Assembly (NCBI GenBank): GCA_036257715.1
Contig: DATAEY010000026.1
Location: 1-45,656, forward strand
Direction: 5' to 3'
Source: Solirubrobacteraceae bacterium
GTDB lineage: Bacteria; Actinomycetota; Thermoleophilia; Solirubrobacterales; Solirubrobacteraceae
DNA length: 45,656 nucleotides
Both the position numbers and the translations under genes were made by a program. Shown here piece after piece: positions 43,952 through 45,656 of the stretch (position 1 is its first letter; every line of letters starts with the position of its first letter). The notes below the pieces were generated by a model. That model worked only from the letters and a program-made list of their open reading frames with translations, did not search any database and was not told where the DNA came from.

Positions 43952-44326
43952 ATGGCCGATGCCGCCGTTCGGGAGCTGGTCGACCGCTACCTCGCCGCGC
44001 TCGAGGGCGACACCCGACGGGTGGCCGACCGCGAGTGGGGAATCTCCGTGGAGGCCGCCGGCTGGCCGCTGCACGTGGGGGTGGCGCTGCGCGACGGGCT
44101 GCTGCGGGCCCAGGCCGAGGTCCTCGGGCCCGGGCGCCTGCAGCCCGAGGCGCTGCTGCGGTGGAACCGCGGGCTGGGGCTCGTGCGTTTCTCGCACACC
44201 GCCGCCGGCGACGTCTACATCGAGGGCGCGCTGCCCCTCGAGGCGGTGACCGAGGCGCGGCTCGATGGATTCCTCGGTCTGCTGGTCCGGGTCGCGACCC
44301 AGGCCCGCGAGGCGGCGGGTGCCTAG
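43952..44326 (+). CDS. YbjN-like (putative sensory-transduction-regulator fold) hypothetical protein
   Basis: This is the last 124 aa of track ORF 41546..44326, starting at ATG 43952. The pattern W.I.VEAAGWPLHVGVALRDGLLRAQAEV......LLRWN..L.LVRF resembles YbjN-family proteins. The family assignment is tentative. Its stop shares a CTAG with the convergent MFS gene. Confidence 0.5.
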   Translation: MADAAVRELVDRYLAALEGDTRRVADREWGISVEAAGWPLHVGVALRDGLLRAQAEVLGPGRLQPEALLRWNRGLGLVRFSHTAAGDVYIEGALPLEAVTEARLDGFLGLLVRVATQAREAAGA

Positions 44327-45654
44327 GACGCCGTCGCCGGGGCGGACGCCTCGCCGCTGGTCTCGTCGAGGTCTCGCCGCGCGGTCTCCGGGAAGCGCAG
44401 GGCGACCAGGAGAGCGGCGAGCAGCGCGAAGATCGCCAGCGCCGCGATCGCCCGCCCGAGGCCCAGCGGCGGCGCCAGCACGCCGACGCCGGCGAGACCA
44501 ATCGCCGAGCCGGCGACCGTGGCGACCAGCACCAGGGTGCCGGCCCCCGAGCGCACGCGGGTTGGGAACAGCTCGGATCGGTAGGGAGCCAGCGCCGCGC
44601 CCGCGGCCGAGCCCAGCATGTTGCCCGCCACCGCCAGCAGCCACAGGGCCGCGCCGCCGACCAGGAACACCCCGGCGAGGGCGACCGCCGCGGCCATGCC
44701 CAGGGGCACCCCGATGATCTTGCGCCCGTGCATGTCCGAGAGCCGCCCCCCCGCGATCAGCATGGGGACGCTCGGGATCCCGGTCACCACCAGGAAGAGC
44801 ACGATCTCCAGCGGCGAGTAGCCGCGCACGTCGTCGAGGTAGCGGTTGAGGAATTCGGCGCTGGGCGCCAGGAACACGGCGGCCAGCAGCGCGGTCCCGC
44901 CGACCAGCAGCAGGCGTGGGCCGTATGGGCGCCGCAGGGCCTCGCGGTAGCCGTGGCGCTCGGCCGCGTGGGCGAGGTACCGCGGAGACTCCCGCAGGTG
45001 GCGACCGGCGCCCAGCACCAGCGGGAGGACGAGCAGCTGGGCGAGATAGACCGCCGCGAAGCCGGTTCGGCCGGCCGCCGCCAGCGGAAGGGCGGCCACC
45101 GCCAGGGCCAGCCCCGCGCCGTTGGCCAGCAGGACGACCGACAGCGTGACCGCCCGGTTGGGGGCGGGGACGCTCTCTACCGCCAGCACGCCCAGCGCGA
45201 TTCCCAGCGCGGTGTCCAGGCAGCGCAGCGCGATATGGGCGCCGATGTAGGCGAGGAACGACGGCGCCAGTCCGATGGCGGCGGTCAGGACGCAGTGCGC
45301 CACCACGGCCGCGATCACGAACCGCCGGCGTCCCACCCGGTCGGCGAGGAGCCCGAGGGCCAGGGCCAGCACGACCCCGATCCGCACCAGGGCCAGCCCG
45401 GTTCCCAGCGCCTCGTCCCCTACCCCGTAGACCCGGGCCGCGTAGGGCAGCGTCTGGGTCAGCAGCCCGCCGGTGCCTCCTCCGTAGCTCCAGGCTGCGG
45501 AGATCAGGCAGATGGCCGCCACGCTCGCGGTGGTTCGAGCGTCCTGCGGGGCCGGAGGCGCCCACCACGGGACGTCGTCGGGCAGCGGAAGGCCGGCCTC
45601 GACGGCGGCCTCGACCCGGCGGGCGCGGCGGGCCACCAACGGCCTCCAGAGCAC
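44323..45654 (-). CDS. MFS transporter (the 5' end may lie beyond the window)
   Basis: It has about 12 predicted TM helices and the MFS loop motif LADRVGRRR between TM2 and TM3. The track start (GTG 45654) is 2 nt from the window edge, so the true start is uncertain. Confidence 0.8.
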   Translation of the reverse strand: MLWRPLVARRARRVEAAVEAGLPLPDDVPWWAPPAPQDARTTASVAAICLISAAWSYGGGTGGLLTQTLPYAARVYGVGDEALGTGLALVRIGVVLALALGLLADRVGRRRFVIAAVVAHCVLTAAIGLAPSFLAYIGAHIALRCLDTALGIALGVLAVESVPAPNRAVTLSVVLLANGAGLALAVAALPLAAAGRTGFAAVYLAQLLVLPLVLGAGRHLRESPRYLAHAAERHGYREALRRPYGPRLLLVGGTALLAAVFLAPSAEFLNRYLDDVRGYSPLEIVLFLVVTGIPSVPMLIAGGRLSDMHGRKIIGVPLGMAAAVALAGVFLVGGAALWLLAVAGNMLGSAAGAALAPYRSELFPTRVRSGAGTLVLVATVAGSAIGLAGVGVLAPPLGLGRAIAALAIFALLAALLVALRFPETARRDLDETSGEASAPATAS

Positions 45655-45656
45655 CC

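Overview
This is a very GC-rich (roughly 70% by eye) chromosomal segment. I call 47 CDS, 41 of them on the minus strand, and many are joined by 4-nt ATGA/GTGA start-stop overlaps. CDS coordinates include the stop codon.

The content is a conserved housekeeping backbone. From left to right:
- an osmoprotectant ABC transporter, then dut, hflX, a DUF429 gene, dapL-dapF and miaA
- a plus-strand FIST-SDR pair
- an MscS channel, a radical SAM gene of the Rv2578c/SplB-like family, miaB and rny
- recX, recA, thpR and cinA
- a rodZ-like gene and ftsK
- a plus-strand island with a secreted HExxH protein and an OmpR-type two-component system
- rnj, dapA, two hypothetical genes, dapB, an M16 peptidase and pnp
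- a DsbA-like/GNAT/peroxiredoxin trio
- rpsO, ribF, truB, nrnA, rbfA, DUF503, infB, ylxR, nusA and rimP
- a YbjN-like gene and an MFS transporter

I found no rRNA or tRNA genes, CRISPR array, transposase, integrase, prophage or recognisable defence island. I cannot support a claim that a new multi-gene system lies in this window.

The items most worth follow-up are local anomalies:
1. The DapF homolog has both catalytic cysteines replaced by serine.
2. A single perfect LexA-type operator (CGAAC-N4-GTTCG) abuts the start codon of the radical SAM gene, and none lies upstream of recA.
3. A canonical stem-plus-U-tract terminator sits 12 nt upstream of the rimP start codon, which suggests a leader attenuator for the nusA-infB operon.
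4. An unexplained 365-bp noncoding leader with an AT-rich core precedes rny.
5. NusA carries a C-terminal extension with a C-X9-C-X10-C-X4-H motif.
6. Three redox/detoxification genes are inserted between rpsO and pnp.

RNase Y and RNase J occurring together in a high-GC genome, the DapL route, and the cinA-thpR-recA order suggest a deep-branching Actinobacteria-like lineage. This is inference only.
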